The notes: generated by a model from the letters alone, not told the origin. DNA of 64,000 bases from Trichormus sp. ATA11-4-KO1 (GCA_019358915.1 JAHHIM010000005.1:112111-176110), one strand, 5' to 3'; shown: positions 30,718 to 42,689, counted from the first letter of the stretch. Translations and numbers: made by a program.

Positions 30718-32082
30718 TTATTTCACGCGAGTTGCTCTATTTACACTACCAACTTCCATATCCCGGACTTTTTTACTGCGCCAGAGTAAACGGATGGGTG
30801 TGCCTTTAAATCCTAGTTGTTGGCGGAATTGCCTTTCGATGTAGCGACGGTAGTTGTCGTTAAAGCGTTTGGCTTCATTGACGAATAAAGCGATCGTTGG
30901 GGGTTGGGTACTTACTTGCGTACCATAATAGATTTTACCTTGTCTTCCACCCCGTGATGCTGGCGGTGAATGCCAACTTACGGCGTCTGTGAGGACTTCG
31001 TTAATTACAGATGTGCTGACACGGCGTTTGTGTGACTCGGCCGCTTGATTCACTAACTCTAAAATCTTTTCTACCCGTTTTCCTGTGGTAGCACTGACAA
31101 AAATGGTTTCTGCCCATTCAGTAAAATGTAACCGGGCTTCTAGAGTTTTTTCGTAGTCATAGATAGTGTAAGAGTCTTTTTCAACAGCATCCCATTTATT
31201 GACAACGATGATACAAGCTCGACCTTCATCAATAATTCGTCCGGCTAATTTTTGGTCTTGGTCGGTGACGCCATCTAAAGCATCTATGACCAATAAAACT
31301 ACATCAGCGCGACGAATAGCTTTGAAGGCACGGTTAATACTAAAAAATTCTGTACCGTATTCTATTTGTTTCTTTCTGCGAATACCGGCGGTGTCAATCA
31401 AGCGATAAATTTGTCCCTCTCGTTCTACGACGGTATCAATGGCATCGCGAGTTGTGCCGGAAATGGGACTGACGATCGCTCTTTCTTCGCCGACAAAAGC
31501 ATTTAACAAACTCGATTTGCCGACATTGGGGCGACCAACAATGGCAACTTTGATTTCGTTAGTTTCCGGTATTTCCGTGACGGCGGGAATGTGATTAATT
31601 AACTCGTCGAGTAATTCTCCTGTACCACTGCCATGAATGGCGGAAATGGGGAACGGTTCACCTAATCCTAGTTCCCAAAATTCGGCGGCTTGAATTGCGC
31701 CTTGTTCTGGAGATTCACATTTATTGACAGCCAACAATACAGGAACGGGTTGTTGGCGTAACCATTCGGCAATTTCTTGATCAGCCGCATTCAGTCCGGC
31801 TTGACCATCGACTACAAAGATGGCAGCACTGGCTTCTGTAAGGGCTGTTAGTGCCTGTTGGCGAATCAGTGGTAAGAATTCAGTATCGTCGTTAAAGACT
31901 AAGCCGCCTGTATCTACCACTAAAAATTCGCGATCGCTCCAGTAAGCCGGCATGTAAGTGCGATCGCGTGTCACACCCGGTTCATCATGAACAATCGCCG
32001 TTTGTTCCCCGGCGAGACGATTAACCAGGGTGGATTTGCCCACATTTGGGCGTCCGATAATAGCAACGATTGGCAGTCTCAT
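30718..32082 (-). CDS. der: ribosome biogenesis GTPase Der (EngA)
   Basis: Two GRPNVGKS P-loops, DTGG/DTAG, NKCE/NKWD, KH-like C-terminus. Confidence 0.97.
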   Translation of the reverse strand: MRLPIVAIIGRPNVGKSTLVNRLAGEQTAIVHDEPGVTRDRTYMPAYWSDREFLVVDTGGLVFNDDTEFLPLIRQQALTALTEASAAIFVVDGQAGLNAADQEIAEWLRQQPVPVLLAVNKCESPEQGAIQAAEFWELGLGEPFPISAIHGSGTGELLDELINHIPAVTEIPETNEIKVAIVGRPNVGKSSLLNAFVGEERAIVSPISGTTRDAIDTVVEREGQIYRLIDTAGIRRKKQIEYGTEFFSINRAFKAIRRADVVLLVIDALDGVTDQDQKLAGRIIDEGRACIIVVNKWDAVEKDSYTIYDYEKTLEARLHFTEWAETIFVSATTGKRVEKILELVNQAAESHKRRVSTSVINEVLTDAVSWHSPPASRGGRQGKIYYGTQVSTQPPTIALFVNEAKRFNDNYRRYIERQFRQQLGFKGTPIRLLWRSKKVRDMEVGSVNRATRVK

Positions 32083-32239
32083 AAAACCAGGGTGAGTGAG
32101 AGAGATAGTATATCACCTCTCTACATTTTAGCTACTTTAATTCTTTATTTAATTTCTCAACCCCTCTAATGATTCACTGCCAAATTTAAAGAAATAGCAT
32201 AACGGAAAATCTGGCAGTCACGTTGCAGGAGTTTGTGCC

Positions 32240-33106
32240 TTGAGAAATCGTAAGTGGCTGAAAAAAGCCAGTCGCTCAGCCTTTCGATGTTTGGGATGGT
32301 GCTTTCTGTTAGGCTGTTGTACTTTACTATACGCTAAGTTGATTGAACCGAATTGGATTGAGATCAATTCTTTGCAATTAACTTTACCTCATCTCTCTGC
32401 GGAATTTAATGGCTATCGCATTGTGCAAATTAGCGATATTCATCGAGATAGATGGATGAATCCCCGGCGTTTAAGGCGGATTGTGCGTTTAGTTAACCAT
32501 CAAGAACCAGATTTAGTGGCGATTACAGGTGATTTAATCACTCGTAATTTGCCGCAATTAATTCCGTCTTTGGGTACGACTTTGGGAGAGTTAACACCTA
32601 AAGATGGGACTTTTGTAATTCTAGGCAATCATGACCACGAAAACGATACCAAGGCAATTATACAAGGATTAGAACAGCATGGTCTAGTTCATCTTGGTAA
32701 TGACGTTTACACCTTAAAGCGTGGCAAGGAGTCATTACACATAGCTGGGGTCGATGATGTTGGCATGGGTAAAGACCGCTTAGATTTGGTGTTAAAGAAG
32801 TTGCCTGATTGGGGTGCAGCAGTTTTACTGGCACATGAACCAGATTTTGCGAACAAGAGTGCTACTACCAGGCGGTTTGATTTGCAACTATCGGGGCATT
32901 CTCACGGTGGACAGGTACGTTTGCCTTTTTTCCAGCCTCCGGTTTTACCGCCTTGGGGTAAAAAGTATTATTTAGGACGTTATCAAGTAGGAGAGATGCT
33001 GCTATACACCAACCGTGGCTTAGGGATGACAGGAATACATCTGCGCTTTTTTGCTCGTCCTGAGATTACGGTGTTTACTTTAGTTTCACCTATGCGTGAC
33101 CAGTGA
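32240..33106 (+). CDS. metallophosphoesterase (YkuE-like)
   Basis: SDIH, TGD, GNHD, HEPD, GHSHGGQ. Confidence 0.9.
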   Translation: MRNRKWLKKASRSAFRCLGWCFLLGCCTLLYAKLIEPNWIEINSLQLTLPHLSAEFNGYRIVQISDIHRDRWMNPRRLRRIVRLVNHQEPDLVAITGDLITRNLPQLIPSLGTTLGELTPKDGTFVILGNHDHENDTKAIIQGLEQHGLVHLGNDVYTLKRGKESLHIAGVDDVGMGKDRLDLVLKKLPDWGAAVLLAHEPDFANKSATTRRFDLQLSGHSHGGQVRLPFFQPPVLPPWGKKYYLGRYQVGEMLLYTNRGLGMTGIHLRFFARPEITVFTLVSPMRDQ

Positions 33107-33248
33107 GGATAATAGTGACGCTGGGAATTAACGCCTACTGAGTTAGTTTGGGGGTGCATCGCCTGACACTACTTGGTGATCTTGTATGCTACGACGAGTC
33201 TCACCTCACCTGAGGGTATACTTTCGTCATGGGGACAAGGGAATAACT

Positions 33249-33833
33249 ATGATCAAGCGAATGCCGATTTTACTGGGTCTTATATCTGCCTTATTATTGG
33301 CGATCGCATCTACATCACTAAGTATTTATTTGTACGGTCACAATAGTCATAATATCAAAGCAGATGCGGCAATTGTCCTAGGGGCAGCAGTTTGGGGAGA
33401 AGAACCATCTCCTGTTTTCCAAGAACGAATTAACCACGCTATTACTTTGTATAAAAATGGGAACGTTAGCACCATCATTTTTACTGGTGGTGTGGGCGAA
33501 AGTAATGAACCTGCCGAGGCCACAGTTGGTAAACTTTATGCGATCGCACAACAGGTGCAAGTAGGTGATATTCTTACCGAAACTCAATCTCGCACAACTC
33601 ACCAGAACCTTAAAAATGCTTTGGAAGTAGCATCTACTTACAAATTAACGAAGTTTCTGATTGTCAGCGATCCATTACATATGAAACGAGCTGTGTTGAT
33701 GGCACGAGACTTAAAAATGGATGCATATCCATCTCCTACACCTACAACCCGCTATCGTAGCTTCCACAGTCAAATGGAGTTTTTGATGCGGGAAACTTAT
33801 TTTTACTTTGTCTATAGTATGTTAAAAATTTAA
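33249..33833 (+). CDS. YdcF/DUF218 family protein
   Basis: AIVLGA, FTGG, SRTTHQN, VSDPLHMKRA. Confidence 0.88.
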   Translation: MIKRMPILLGLISALLLAIASTSLSIYLYGHNSHNIKADAAIVLGAAVWGEEPSPVFQERINHAITLYKNGNVSTIIFTGGVGESNEPAEATVGKLYAIAQQVQVGDILTETQSRTTHQNLKNALEVASTYKLTKFLIVSDPLHMKRAVLMARDLKMDAYPSPTPTTRYRSFHSQMEFLMRETYFYFVYSMLKI

Positions 33834-33963
33834 CTGCAAACTTAAAATATTTAAGATTTTTAAATACAAACAATTTCATCTCTTTCTCAGACTAAGCAGC
33901 CTCAAACCGGAAGATAGGTCAAAGTAGTTGAATAATTACTAGTAACTGACCAAAAATTTTGCT

Positions 33964-34515
33964 GTGCTAATGAGAAATTGGGCTGCGACAATAGTACTAA
34001 CTTTTTCTTGGCTGATATCTGGGTTCATAGCTTCTAAAGCCCTCAATACTACTTTGGCAGCAGATTATGCTATGGCATCTTCTCAGTCAATCTCTCAGTC
34101 AAGCAATACTAGACCGATTACAGTTAGTAAAGCTGAATTTGGAGTGCTAAGAATTGATTCTCAAGGTCAAGGTAAATTTACCCCTACCAACAGAGTCATA
34201 TTACATCAAAGTGGCAAATACGGGTGGCGGATTCAACTCAAAGATTACAAAGGTGAAGTGACATGGCGAGAAGTTTTGCAATTGCCAAAACCGCCAGAAA
34301 CCTGGGCTACGGATGATGGTGAAAATTTTTCATTATCAAAAGATGGCATTGAAGCTGTAACTACACGTACACAGTTTACTTCAGATGGTGTGATTGAAAA
34401 TTTCTGGACAATTGTACCCGGTGATCCAGGTGGTAAGCACAGGATACAAGTTTACATTGATAATCGTCCGATTGCTACTTTCGATTTTGAAGTTATTTCC
34501 CTGAGAAAGCAATAG
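33964..34515 (+). CDS. hypothetical secreted protein
   Basis: N-terminal signal-like segment followed by a beta-rich domain. Confidence 0.7.
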   Translation: MLMRNWAATIVLTFSWLISGFIASKALNTTLAADYAMASSQSISQSSNTRPITVSKAEFGVLRIDSQGQGKFTPTNRVILHQSGKYGWRIQLKDYKGEVTWREVLQLPKPPETWATDDGENFSLSKDGIEAVTTRTQFTSDGVIENFWTIVPGDPGGKHRIQVYIDNRPIATFDFEVISLRKQ

Positions 34516-34664
34516 AATTTACTTGTTTGTGCCCTGGTTTTAATGTCAAAAGTTTATAAATTTCTCTCACAAATGAGAGAAATTTCTCTACGAAACAATT
34601 TATCAAGTAAATCTTACAGATGTTTTATAAATGCTGATTTGATCCAAGGTTAAATTTAAATATT

Positions 34665-35423
34665 GTGACACAGAACAGGAGTATAGACAAGTTGTTCAAG
34701 CTTTCTCCCGAATCTCCTTTATTCCTTTTTTTAATCATTCTTAGTTTTTTAGTAGTAACTTTGTCAGCTTGGCTATCACCTCAACCGTTTACTTTAAAGC
34801 CATTTGAACTAAATGATCTTATACAGTTACTCACATTACTCTTTTTCATTTCTTTATTATTAGAGCGATTCTTGGAAGTTTTGATCACTGCCTGGCGAGG
34901 ACAAACAGCCGAACAATTAGACATAGCAATTCAGCATCACAATTTTTTAATTGCGCAAAAAAGAAGATTTATACAAGAACAACAAAAGCAAAATAAAATG
35001 ACTTTTGTGGAATCTAATCAAATTAATCGGCTACCACCTGAAGGAGTTAGTTTAGAACAACAAATTATGCAAAATCAAGCAAATAACAATTTGCAATTTG
35101 ATGATTTAGATACTATCATCAATGAGCTAAATGAAAAAGAGCGTAAGAGAGTGGCGTATAAATCTGATACACGCATTATTGCTTTATGGACATCTTTATT
35201 ATTTGGTTTTTTAATAAGTGGAATAGGTGTTCGCTCAATTGAGCCACTGATAGTTATAGATTTACATTCTCCCACACAAATAATTGTTTTTAGGTGTTTA
35301 GATGCATTACTAACTGGAGGTGTAATTGCTGGAGGTAGTGAGGGTATACATAAACTTATACAAGTTTTTTTCAATTTCATAGAAGCTACTTCTAAACAAA
35401 TTAAAAATCAGAATTTTTCTTAA
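34665..35423 (+). CDS. hypothetical membrane protein
   Basis: 252 aa; TM segments flank a Gln-rich coiled region. Confidence 0.7.
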   Translation: MTQNRSIDKLFKLSPESPLFLFLIILSFLVVTLSAWLSPQPFTLKPFELNDLIQLLTLLFFISLLLERFLEVLITAWRGQTAEQLDIAIQHHNFLIAQKRRFIQEQQKQNKMTFVESNQINRLPPEGVSLEQQIMQNQANNNLQFDDLDTIINELNEKERKRVAYKSDTRIIALWTSLLFGFLISGIGVRSIEPLIVIDLHSPTQIIVFRCLDALLTGGVIAGGSEGIHKLIQVFFNFIEATSKQIKNQNFS

Positions 35424-36162
35424 TGTGACCGAATTACTCCCTAATATTATTAGCTTATCAAAAAACCTTAATGTTGCTGAATCGGTATATAAATTTAGAT
35501 TTTCAAAATCACTAAATAATGATTTTTTGTACCTTTGCAAGTTCATCTTTAAGGAAGCCACCTCTTCTGCGGACTGTCTCACCAACGTAGTGGACTACCT
35601 TAACATCTACTCTATGAGAAGCCGCTCTGCATCTATGCATGTTAGCAAAGCGGGGCATAGCCAGGCTCATTCATACTTTCAATCAGTAATGCCAAAAACC
35701 TTTAAGACTATTAGAGTTCTCTGTTGTGTGATCTAAAATATCAAGCATTTGAGACGCTAAAATTAGCTGACTGTATTATTCATTTACACTCAGGGGAGGT
35801 TTTTATGGGCAAGGGAGTAAAAGAGAACGGATGCAAGCCGACTATGAGCGCTAAATGAAGAAAAGTTATAGGCAAGGAAGCAGTAAAGACTATAAGTCCT
35901 GGTTGCTCATCCGGGATGTTCCCTTGAAAGGTCGGTCTTTTAGAACCCATATTCAGAAAATTTTTCTCAATGGGTAAGCATTTCCAGTAAAATTGCTGTA
36001 TTCTAGTTTCTGCCAAGTAGTTTTTCCAACACTAAAGTTTATAATAGCTTTTTGCGGATCTCTCTAAAGATTCTTGAAAGACTACATTAGTCTCTTTCAG
36101 AATCAATGTTAAGATTCTCGTTTTTTTAATGTCCAGTTTTCAAACCTCCAAATATCAAAGTT

Positions 36163-36426
36163 ATGAAACTAATCAAAAAGTCTGAAAAACTCCTCCTGAA
36201 TAAGATCAAGATTATGGAGGAAGCAGAAGAACAAAGTTTTCAAGCAGATACTCTTAATACCCCAGAAACTATGGTGGAAGAACATCAAGAACTATATAGA
36301 GAAAATAGAGAACCTAACTATATTGCGGTGCGTGATCATCCTATAGTCCAATCTGTTGGCAACTCAGGTTGGCAGGTTTCTGAGATTTGGAAGGATGTGA
36401 GAGTGGATGATTTCTGTAGGGGATAG
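36163..36426 (+). CDS. hypothetical protein
   Basis: 87 aa acidic ORF upstream of the HTH gene. Confidence 0.5.
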   Translation: MKLIKKSEKLLLNKIKIMEEAEEQSFQADTLNTPETMVEEHQELYRENREPNYIAVRDHPIVQSVGNSGWQVSEIWKDVRVDDFCRG

Positions 36427-36676
36427 AAATAAGTACCACCACTTAGGATATGAGGAGAAGCAGAAGGAAGATCACAAGCTTCCTTCCTGCTGTCTGTTGC
36501 TAAGTCTCTTTGGCGGAGAATTTTACCTGCGTTCTTAAATTCCCAACTGTCATAGCAGTGGAAGTGTCAAAAGTCCAGATTTTTGTTTTAGCAAAAGTTT
36601 TTTAGTAATTTTCTAGGCCTGGGTTTTTTTTGGTGCTAGGATCTACGACTATAGATAAAATAAAAGTGCTGTAGCT

Positions 36677-37027
36677 GTGAAAAACAAGCCAAAACCAAGG
36701 ATCGCTTTGCTTCGTGAGAAAGCAGGGCTAACCCAGCTTGAACTGTCGCGTCTTGTGGGCGTAACTGAAAGCACTATCCAAAACTGGGAAAGCGGTAGGA
36801 CTGGGACAGACCATATTGAAAGAATTATTAGGTTTTGCCAAGCCTTGAATTGTCAAGTGGAAGACCTAATTGAGTATATGAGTGAGTCATCAAATAAGCC
36901 TGTAGCTGAACCAGGTTCATTAAGTGAAATACACCATTTGTTGGGTACTGAGGAGCCAGCCACATCTACTAGTTCTGATAGTTCTGACACGAAAATTCCT
37001 CAACAACGAAAATCTAAAAGTAGTTGA
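36677..37027 (+). CDS. XRE-family HTH regulator
   Basis: LREKAGLTQLELSRLVGVTESTIQNWESG. Confidence 0.88.
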   Translation: MKNKPKPRIALLREKAGLTQLELSRLVGVTESTIQNWESGRTGTDHIERIIRFCQALNCQVEDLIEYMSESSNKPVAEPGSLSEIHHLLGTEEPATSTSSDSSDTKIPQQRKSKSS

Positions 37028-37083
37028 AGCGAATCTTGAGGAATTTCCATTCTGGGGGATTTAAATTCCCCTATACCTTACCA

Positions 37084-37785
37084 TCAAACATTCGTGACTG
37101 AAAGCTGACTGTTGATTTTGTCTTGTTGCCATAAAGTATTAACAGTTACAAATTGATAACCTTGTTGTAGTAATTGCGGAATCAATACTTGTATAGTAGC
37201 AGCCACATCTTGTCCACCACAAATGCCATCATGCAAGACAATTAGTGAACCGTTTTGTACTTGTTGGAGAACTCGTTGCATCACAATAGCAACTCCTGGT
37301 CTTACCCAGTCTTCTGGTACAACACTCCACATAACTGGTCGGTAATTCCACTCAAGGAATAACTTTAAGGTCTTGGGGGTAAATAAACCATTGGGGGGAC
37401 GAACATCACGTATTTGTTCGGGTGACAAGTTGCAGGCATTATAGATAGCAACTTGAGTTTTTTCTAGACTATTTTTCAGATCATGTGGGGAAAGCCGGGG
37501 AAAAGAGCGATGATCGTAACCATGTAATCCGATCCAATGTCCGCGATCGCATATTGCTTTGGTAATGTCTGGAGAACGGTTGACGCAAGCACCCAAGCAA
37601 AAAAAACTAGCCGGAATATTGTAACGGTCTAAAATTGCCAATACTTGGGGTGTGTATTCAGGGTGAGGGCCATCATCAAATGTCAGAGCGATCGCTTGAG
37701 TATGGCGATCGCCTCCCCAAAGACAGTTGGGAAAACTCGGTTGAAGAATGCGGTAAATCAACGGGAACAGGGGAGCTAGCTGCAT
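37084..37785 (-). CDS. polysaccharide deacetylase (NodB domain)
   Basis: LTFDDGP, HGYDH, RPPNG, VLHD. Confidence 0.92.
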   Translation of the reverse strand: MQLAPLFPLIYRILQPSFPNCLWGGDRHTQAIALTFDDGPHPEYTPQVLAILDRYNIPASFFCLGACVNRSPDITKAICDRGHWIGLHGYDHRSFPRLSPHDLKNSLEKTQVAIYNACNLSPEQIRDVRPPNGLFTPKTLKLFLEWNYRPVMWSVVPEDWVRPGVAIVMQRVLQQVQNGSLIVLHDGICGGQDVAATIQVLIPQLLQQGYQFVTVNTLWQQDKINSQLSVTNV

Positions 37786-38375
37786 TTTGAGTTTTTTGTC
37801 GCTTTTTCTAGTCTAGCGTTTGAGATAAGTGCCTAATCACAATTAATTACACACATTGTTTTTTGTTCCCTGTTCCTTGTACCCACCTAGAAAGGGAATG
37901 ATTCGTAATTCTAGAAGTTTGTAGCTGATAATGCTAGTGAATTTTTCTAGAAATACAACACAATGTTTAGTCTAATAAGTATAATTGTTTTTTAAAATTT
38001 AAGTAATATTACATAAAATCTTCACAAATCGAAAATCGTTTGCTTAGTCTATTTCCCCAAAAAATGCTGTGTAATCCTTGTTGAATCTAAATTTTAGAGA
38101 TTTTGTAATTTTACTTTACTATGTAATTTTTCCATAAATCTACGGTTTTCAACTAGCAAAAGGCATAGATTGACCAGTATTCTATGGAAATACACTGATG
38201 AGTATATTACTTAGTAAAAGTAAATACTAAATATATATTCATTAAGCTAAAACCATGCTGCTGCTAAAAAAGTCAGGAAAATTTCAATTGTTTTCCTTAT
38301 TTTTGGTATGTGCGATCGCAGCGAAACACTGAGTTTTCCAATGTTAAAGTTCACAGGTTTTGGGAGAAAATCACA

Positions 38376-39266
38376 ATGAAATCATTGACCAACTTTTTGT
38401 CACATAGTGCATTCGCATTGGTAGGTTTAGGCATAGCCGCAGTTCCTGCTCACGCTATCAATATCACCACTACTAACGACCCTAACGCTTTAGTTAATCA
38501 AATTTTGGGCGGGGGCATCACTGTTTCTAATGTTACATATAATGGCGCACCTGCTGCATCTGGTATTTTCACCAATGGCTTGTCTTCAGGAATTGGCATA
38601 GACAGTGGCATCATTCTGACTACTGGTGATGCTAGCCTAGCAGTTGGGCCAAATAGCCTCCCAAGCTCAGGAGTGGACAACGGTTTACCAGGAGATACTA
38701 ACTTAAACAGCTTAATTCCTGGAAGTACTTTTGATGCCACTGTTCTCGAATTTGATTTTATCTCAGAAACAGGCGATCTCTTTTTCAACTACGTATTTGC
38801 ATCAGAAGAATACAACGAATTTACCAATAGTAGTTTTAATGATGTATTTGCTTTCTTCTTGAATGGGGAAAATATTGCCTTAATCCCTGGAACTACCACA
38901 CCAGTTTCTATCAATAACGTTAACGGTGGTAACCCATTGGGTGTTGATGCCAGTAATCCTGCATTTTACATCAACAACGACACAGGCGCTTTCAACATTG
39001 AATATGATGGTTTTACCACAGTCTTCACTGCTCAAGCCACAGGACTAGTTGCCGGCAGTACCAATAGAATTAAGTTGGCAATTGCAGATGTAGGTGATAA
39101 CGTTCTCGATTCTGCTGTATTTATTCAAGCCAGTACTTTCTCTGGTACACCAACACAACCTGTTCCCGAACCCACCACTATGTTGGGTCTGTTGGCATTC
39201 GGAGCTATTGGTGCTACTACTGCACTGAAGCGCAATCAACAACAGAAAGCTGTTGCTAAAGTGTAA
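38376..39266 (+). CDS. PEP-CTERM surface protein with choice-of-anchor L-like domain
   Basis: Signal peptide, FASEEY.EF...FNDVFAF, YDGFT, VPEPTT + TM + basic tail. Confidence 0.88.
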   Translation: MKSLTNFLSHSAFALVGLGIAAVPAHAINITTTNDPNALVNQILGGGITVSNVTYNGAPAASGIFTNGLSSGIGIDSGIILTTGDASLAVGPNSLPSSGVDNGLPGDTNLNSLIPGSTFDATVLEFDFISETGDLFFNYVFASEEYNEFTNSSFNDVFAFFLNGENIALIPGTTTPVSINNVNGGNPLGVDASNPAFYINNDTGAFNIEYDGFTTVFTAQATGLVAGSTNRIKLAIADVGDNVLDSAVFIQASTFSGTPTQPVPEPTTMLGLLAFGAIGATTALKRNQQQKAVAKV

Positions 39267-39935
39267 TATATAACTGATTTATTCAGTAGCTGCTGTGTTT
39301 GCCATTAGCAAGATACGGCAGTTTCTTTATTTTAAGGGGTTCCCAGATCGTAACATGACCTAGCCTAATCTCTCGCTTGAGATGCCATTAGGCAATGAAA
39401 ATTGTTACCCAATTAGAGCGATCGCATGACTTATCGGCGAAGTAAATCCCTTTTAGAAAGCACCTTTTCCCAAGGTCTAAGGGTAAGAAAATGTAAGTCT
39501 GTTCGTTTGTCAGGACGGACATTGCACGTACTAAATTAGTTGCCATTAAGCCCGTTCCATTAGTTGCTGTTCTATCTCTATTAACTCCAAGTATTTTGCC
39601 AATACTTTCATTTCTTTCATGTCTTAAGTTTGATAATTTCGGTTCTCTACCATAAGTAGAAACTTAACCCCAAGCAAAGTAGGGATTCTTGGGGTTCACT
39701 CAATGATTTTTGGGTAAGTTATTGTATAACCTACGACAACAAGGGTGCATTCAGCTACGCCAGAGGCGATCGCTTTGCTGATAACGAAAATACATCAACT
39801 ATGGTAAATTATTTCTGAATTGATTCCGCTATCTATTACAAGCGGGATAACTGGAGATTAGGACTCAATTTCCGCAATCTTTCCAATGTAACCTACCGAA
39901 CACCCGTTTGAGATTTATCTTGAGGGTTAATTGCA

Positions 39936-40460
39936 GTGCTAATTCCTCAACTTGACACCCAACGTCTGATTTTACGCGAATTGCGTGCAACAGATTTTGA
40001 TGCTTACGCCCAGATGTGCAATGACCCAGAAGTCATGCGCTACATCGGTACGGGAAAACCCTTATCTCGTTCGGAGTCTTGGCGAAATATGGCAATGATA
40101 GTTGGTCACTGGCAACTGCGGGGCTATGGCATGTGGGCTGTTGAACAACGCCAAAGTAGTGAAATGATTGGCAGGATTGGCTGCTGGCAACCAGAAGGCT
40201 GGCCTGGATTTGAAATTGGTTGGAGTCTCCGACGGGCTTATTGGGGACGTGGCTTAGCTACAGAAGGTGCAAAAGCGGCCATAGACTATGCTTTTCAAGA
40301 GTTAAAGCAGTCCCATGTAATTAGTTTGATTCGTCCAGAGAATGTTGCTTCCATACGTGTCGCCCAAAAGTTAGGGGAAAAATTGCAAGGGACGACGGAA
40401 ATTTTGGGAAATGAGGTGGTAATTTACGGGATAAGTCGGGAAGATTTGCTAACGATCTAG
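39936..40460 (+). CDS. GNAT (RimJ/RimL-like) acetyltransferase
   Basis: TQRLILR, EIGW, WGRGLATE, NVASIRVAQKLG. Confidence 0.9.
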   Translation: MLIPQLDTQRLILRELRATDFDAYAQMCNDPEVMRYIGTGKPLSRSESWRNMAMIVGHWQLRGYGMWAVEQRQSSEMIGRIGCWQPEGWPGFEIGWSLRRAYWGRGLATEGAKAAIDYAFQELKQSHVISLIRPENVASIRVAQKLGEKLQGTTEILGNEVVIYGISREDLLTI

Positions 40461-40498
40461 GAGTATTGTGTTTAGGGATCGTAGTGTAATTTTTCCAT

Positions 40499-41192
40499 AT
40501 GCAGACATTCGGCAGCATAACTCCATCATCGGGCTACATTTTAGCACTGGACTTGGGTACAACAGGTAATCGGGCTTTTGTATTTAACGCCGACGGCGAG
40601 ATGATCGGGCAAGCATACAAAGAACTAACCCAGTATTATCCTCAACCGGGATGGTTGGAACATGACCCTGAAGAAATTTGGCGCGATACTTGCTGGGTGA
40701 TGCAAACCGCCATTAAAAACGCTCAAATTAAACCATCAGCTATTGCGGCATTGGGACTGACTGTGCAGCGAGAAACCTGCTTAATTTGGGATAAAACTAC
40801 CGGCCAGTGTACAACCCCAGCATTTAGTCCGTGCGGTCTTAGAAGCGATCGCCTATCAAGTTTTAGAAGTAGTACAAGCAATCAACGCATCTTCTAATAT
40901 TCCCATGGGACGATTAACCGTAGACGGTGGCGCTTGCGAGAACAATTTTCTCATGCAATTCCAGGCAGACGTATTGGGAATTCCCGTAGAACGCCCCATC
41001 ATGCGCGACACTACCGTACAAGGTGCAGCCTTTGCGGCAGGTTTAGCTGTGGGATTTTGGGATGACCATACAGCATTAGTCAGCCAACGGCAAATTGACC
41101 GTATATTTGCACCTAGTCAAGGAAGACATCAAGCAGCAGCTAATTTTGCCACATGGCAACAGGCAGTTAAGCGGACTCTTGCTTGGGGATAG
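40499..41192 (+). pseudogene. glpK: glycerol kinase with large internal deletion and frameshift
   Basis: N part DLGTTGNRA...QRETC..WDK; after about 40807 another frame reads HLVRAVLEAIAYQ...VDGGA..NNFLMQFQAD; the middle of the protein is absent. Confidence 0.9.
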
Positions 41193-41451
41193 GAGGTAGG
41201 AGGATAGGGGGACAAGGGCAGGGCTGTTTCATTCGCTTGTGTTGGAGATTTGTCAAGAGGATAATCTCACGCAAAGGCGCAAAGACGCAAAGAAAAATCA
41301 GGTATTTCGGACTGAAGATGCCAAAATTTTTGGTCTTAATTGTGGATTTGCCCTTGCAATTTTAACCCTTTTAGGGAACGAATCAGCCCTGGGGACAAGG
41401 GAACAAGGAGAGATTACTAATATTAAGTTCTTCCCCATCCCCCCATCTTCC

Positions 41452-42432
41452 TCATCCTCCTCGACTTGGCTCTAGCATTAACTTTGAATCCCAAGTATAG
41501 AAGCCGATTTTGTCAGGCACTCTAGAGAATCGCCCTGTCCGATAACCTCGTGATAGTTCATTAAGTACCTTGGTTTTAACTTCTCTAACTTGTTGATCGT
41601 TTAGTTCTCCATAAAGACCGAAGATGATTTCAGCAACACTGAAAACTCTCCCCGAATTTTTTTCTAGGAAAGAGGAAAGGGCATCTATCAAAAATTGACC
41701 CTGAAATTCTTTGAGCATGGGAACTACATTTGGATTCTGGATAGGAAGAGGTTTCTTCTTTTTGGGTTTGCTAGTCTGTGAGTAACCTTTAGTTTTATTG
41801 GAAGTTACCAGACTCAAATCCAGAGTGTAACAACCTGGTTCGTCAGGAATACCCGACCAGGCATTCCTTTCTCTACCCTGTGTCAGCGAGGATTGGACTC
41901 TACCTTTGACTACTTTGAAGATGGGTGGCTCTAGGTCTCCATAAAGCGATCGCACAATAAAATCTATGTGACAGACACTGCCAAGATGTTCTCGCAAAAG
42001 ATTTTTAATAGCTTCCATCCGAGTTTGCGGTTGATACTCAGGTAGCATGGGAATGTCTAACACTCTGATTGATTGGTCTTTACTTTCTAGAGGCTCTTGA
42101 ACATCTGTAGTTCTAGAAGCCGCATCTTCTATCTCCAAGTCTTCTGAGTCTGGAAGTTGAGACTGGATAGAATCAAGCAAATTGTGCTCAGAGTGATGAA
42201 TGTGACCTGTGCTTGATAACAATGAATCTTCTTGAGGAAGAGCGGAAACCTCATGAACTGCATCTGATTGAGCAGACCAGTTAGATAACAAAGCATCTAC
42301 ATGATCGAGCTGCGATCGCGCCTGTGTATATAAGTTTTTATACTCTTCTACGAGGCGAGCATAGTAGTCTCGTAATTCCAAAAGTGGAGAGAGGAAAGCT
42401 TGAGGAGGTTCTAACTGCAACAAATTTTTCAT
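41452..42432 (-). CDS. hypothetical protein with N-terminal coiled coil and two repeated wHTH-like domains
   Basis: Internal repeat PML..Q...LYG.L...VK..V...L..G...PD..G.YT occurs twice. Confidence 0.7.
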   Translation of the reverse strand: MKNLLQLEPPQAFLSPLLELRDYYARLVEEYKNLYTQARSQLDHVDALLSNWSAQSDAVHEVSALPQEDSLLSSTGHIHHSEHNLLDSIQSQLPDSEDLEIEDAASRTTDVQEPLESKDQSIRVLDIPMLPEYQPQTRMEAIKNLLREHLGSVCHIDFIVRSLYGDLEPPIFKVVKGRVQSSLTQGRERNAWSGIPDEPGCYTLDLSLVTSNKTKGYSQTSKPKKKKPLPIQNPNVVPMLKEFQGQFLIDALSSFLEKNSGRVFSVAEIIFGLYGELNDQQVREVKTKVLNELSRGYRTGRFSRVPDKIGFYTWDSKLMLEPSRGG

Positions 42433-42443
42433 AATGCTTTAAA

Positions 42444-42689
42444 TCATCCCAAATCGATATCACTTTTGTAAGTCATTGCTCTAGGTTTTGCTTTTTGAGA
42501 CGGCTGGTGAGATTTTTTGGGTGGTTGTGGAGGACGGCATTGCTCGCAATATAAAGGACGAGGGCCAAAAGTCTCGCGTTGTGTAGGCTGATTGCACTGC
42601 TTACAGACAAAATGGAAAATACGAGTATGAATCTGTCTTTTATGAGCCCGGACAGTATATTCCCTAACTTCAATGAACTTACTAGGCAT
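42444..42689 (-). CDS. small zinc-ribbon protein
   Basis: CKQC...CEQC; 11 bp upstream of the 326 aa gene. Confidence 0.7.
   Translation of the reverse strand: MPSKFIEVREYTVRAHKRQIHTRIFHFVCKQCNQPTQRETFGPRPLYCEQCRPPQPPKKSHQPSQKAKPRAMTYKSDIDLG

Noticed and set aside
35425..36016. Small ORFs or ncRNA upstream of the HTH gene
   Set aside because: No recognisable motif or convincing structure; partly repeat-derived
39360..39760. Possible pseudogene on the minus strand
   Set aside because: Translated fragments matched no family I could recognise
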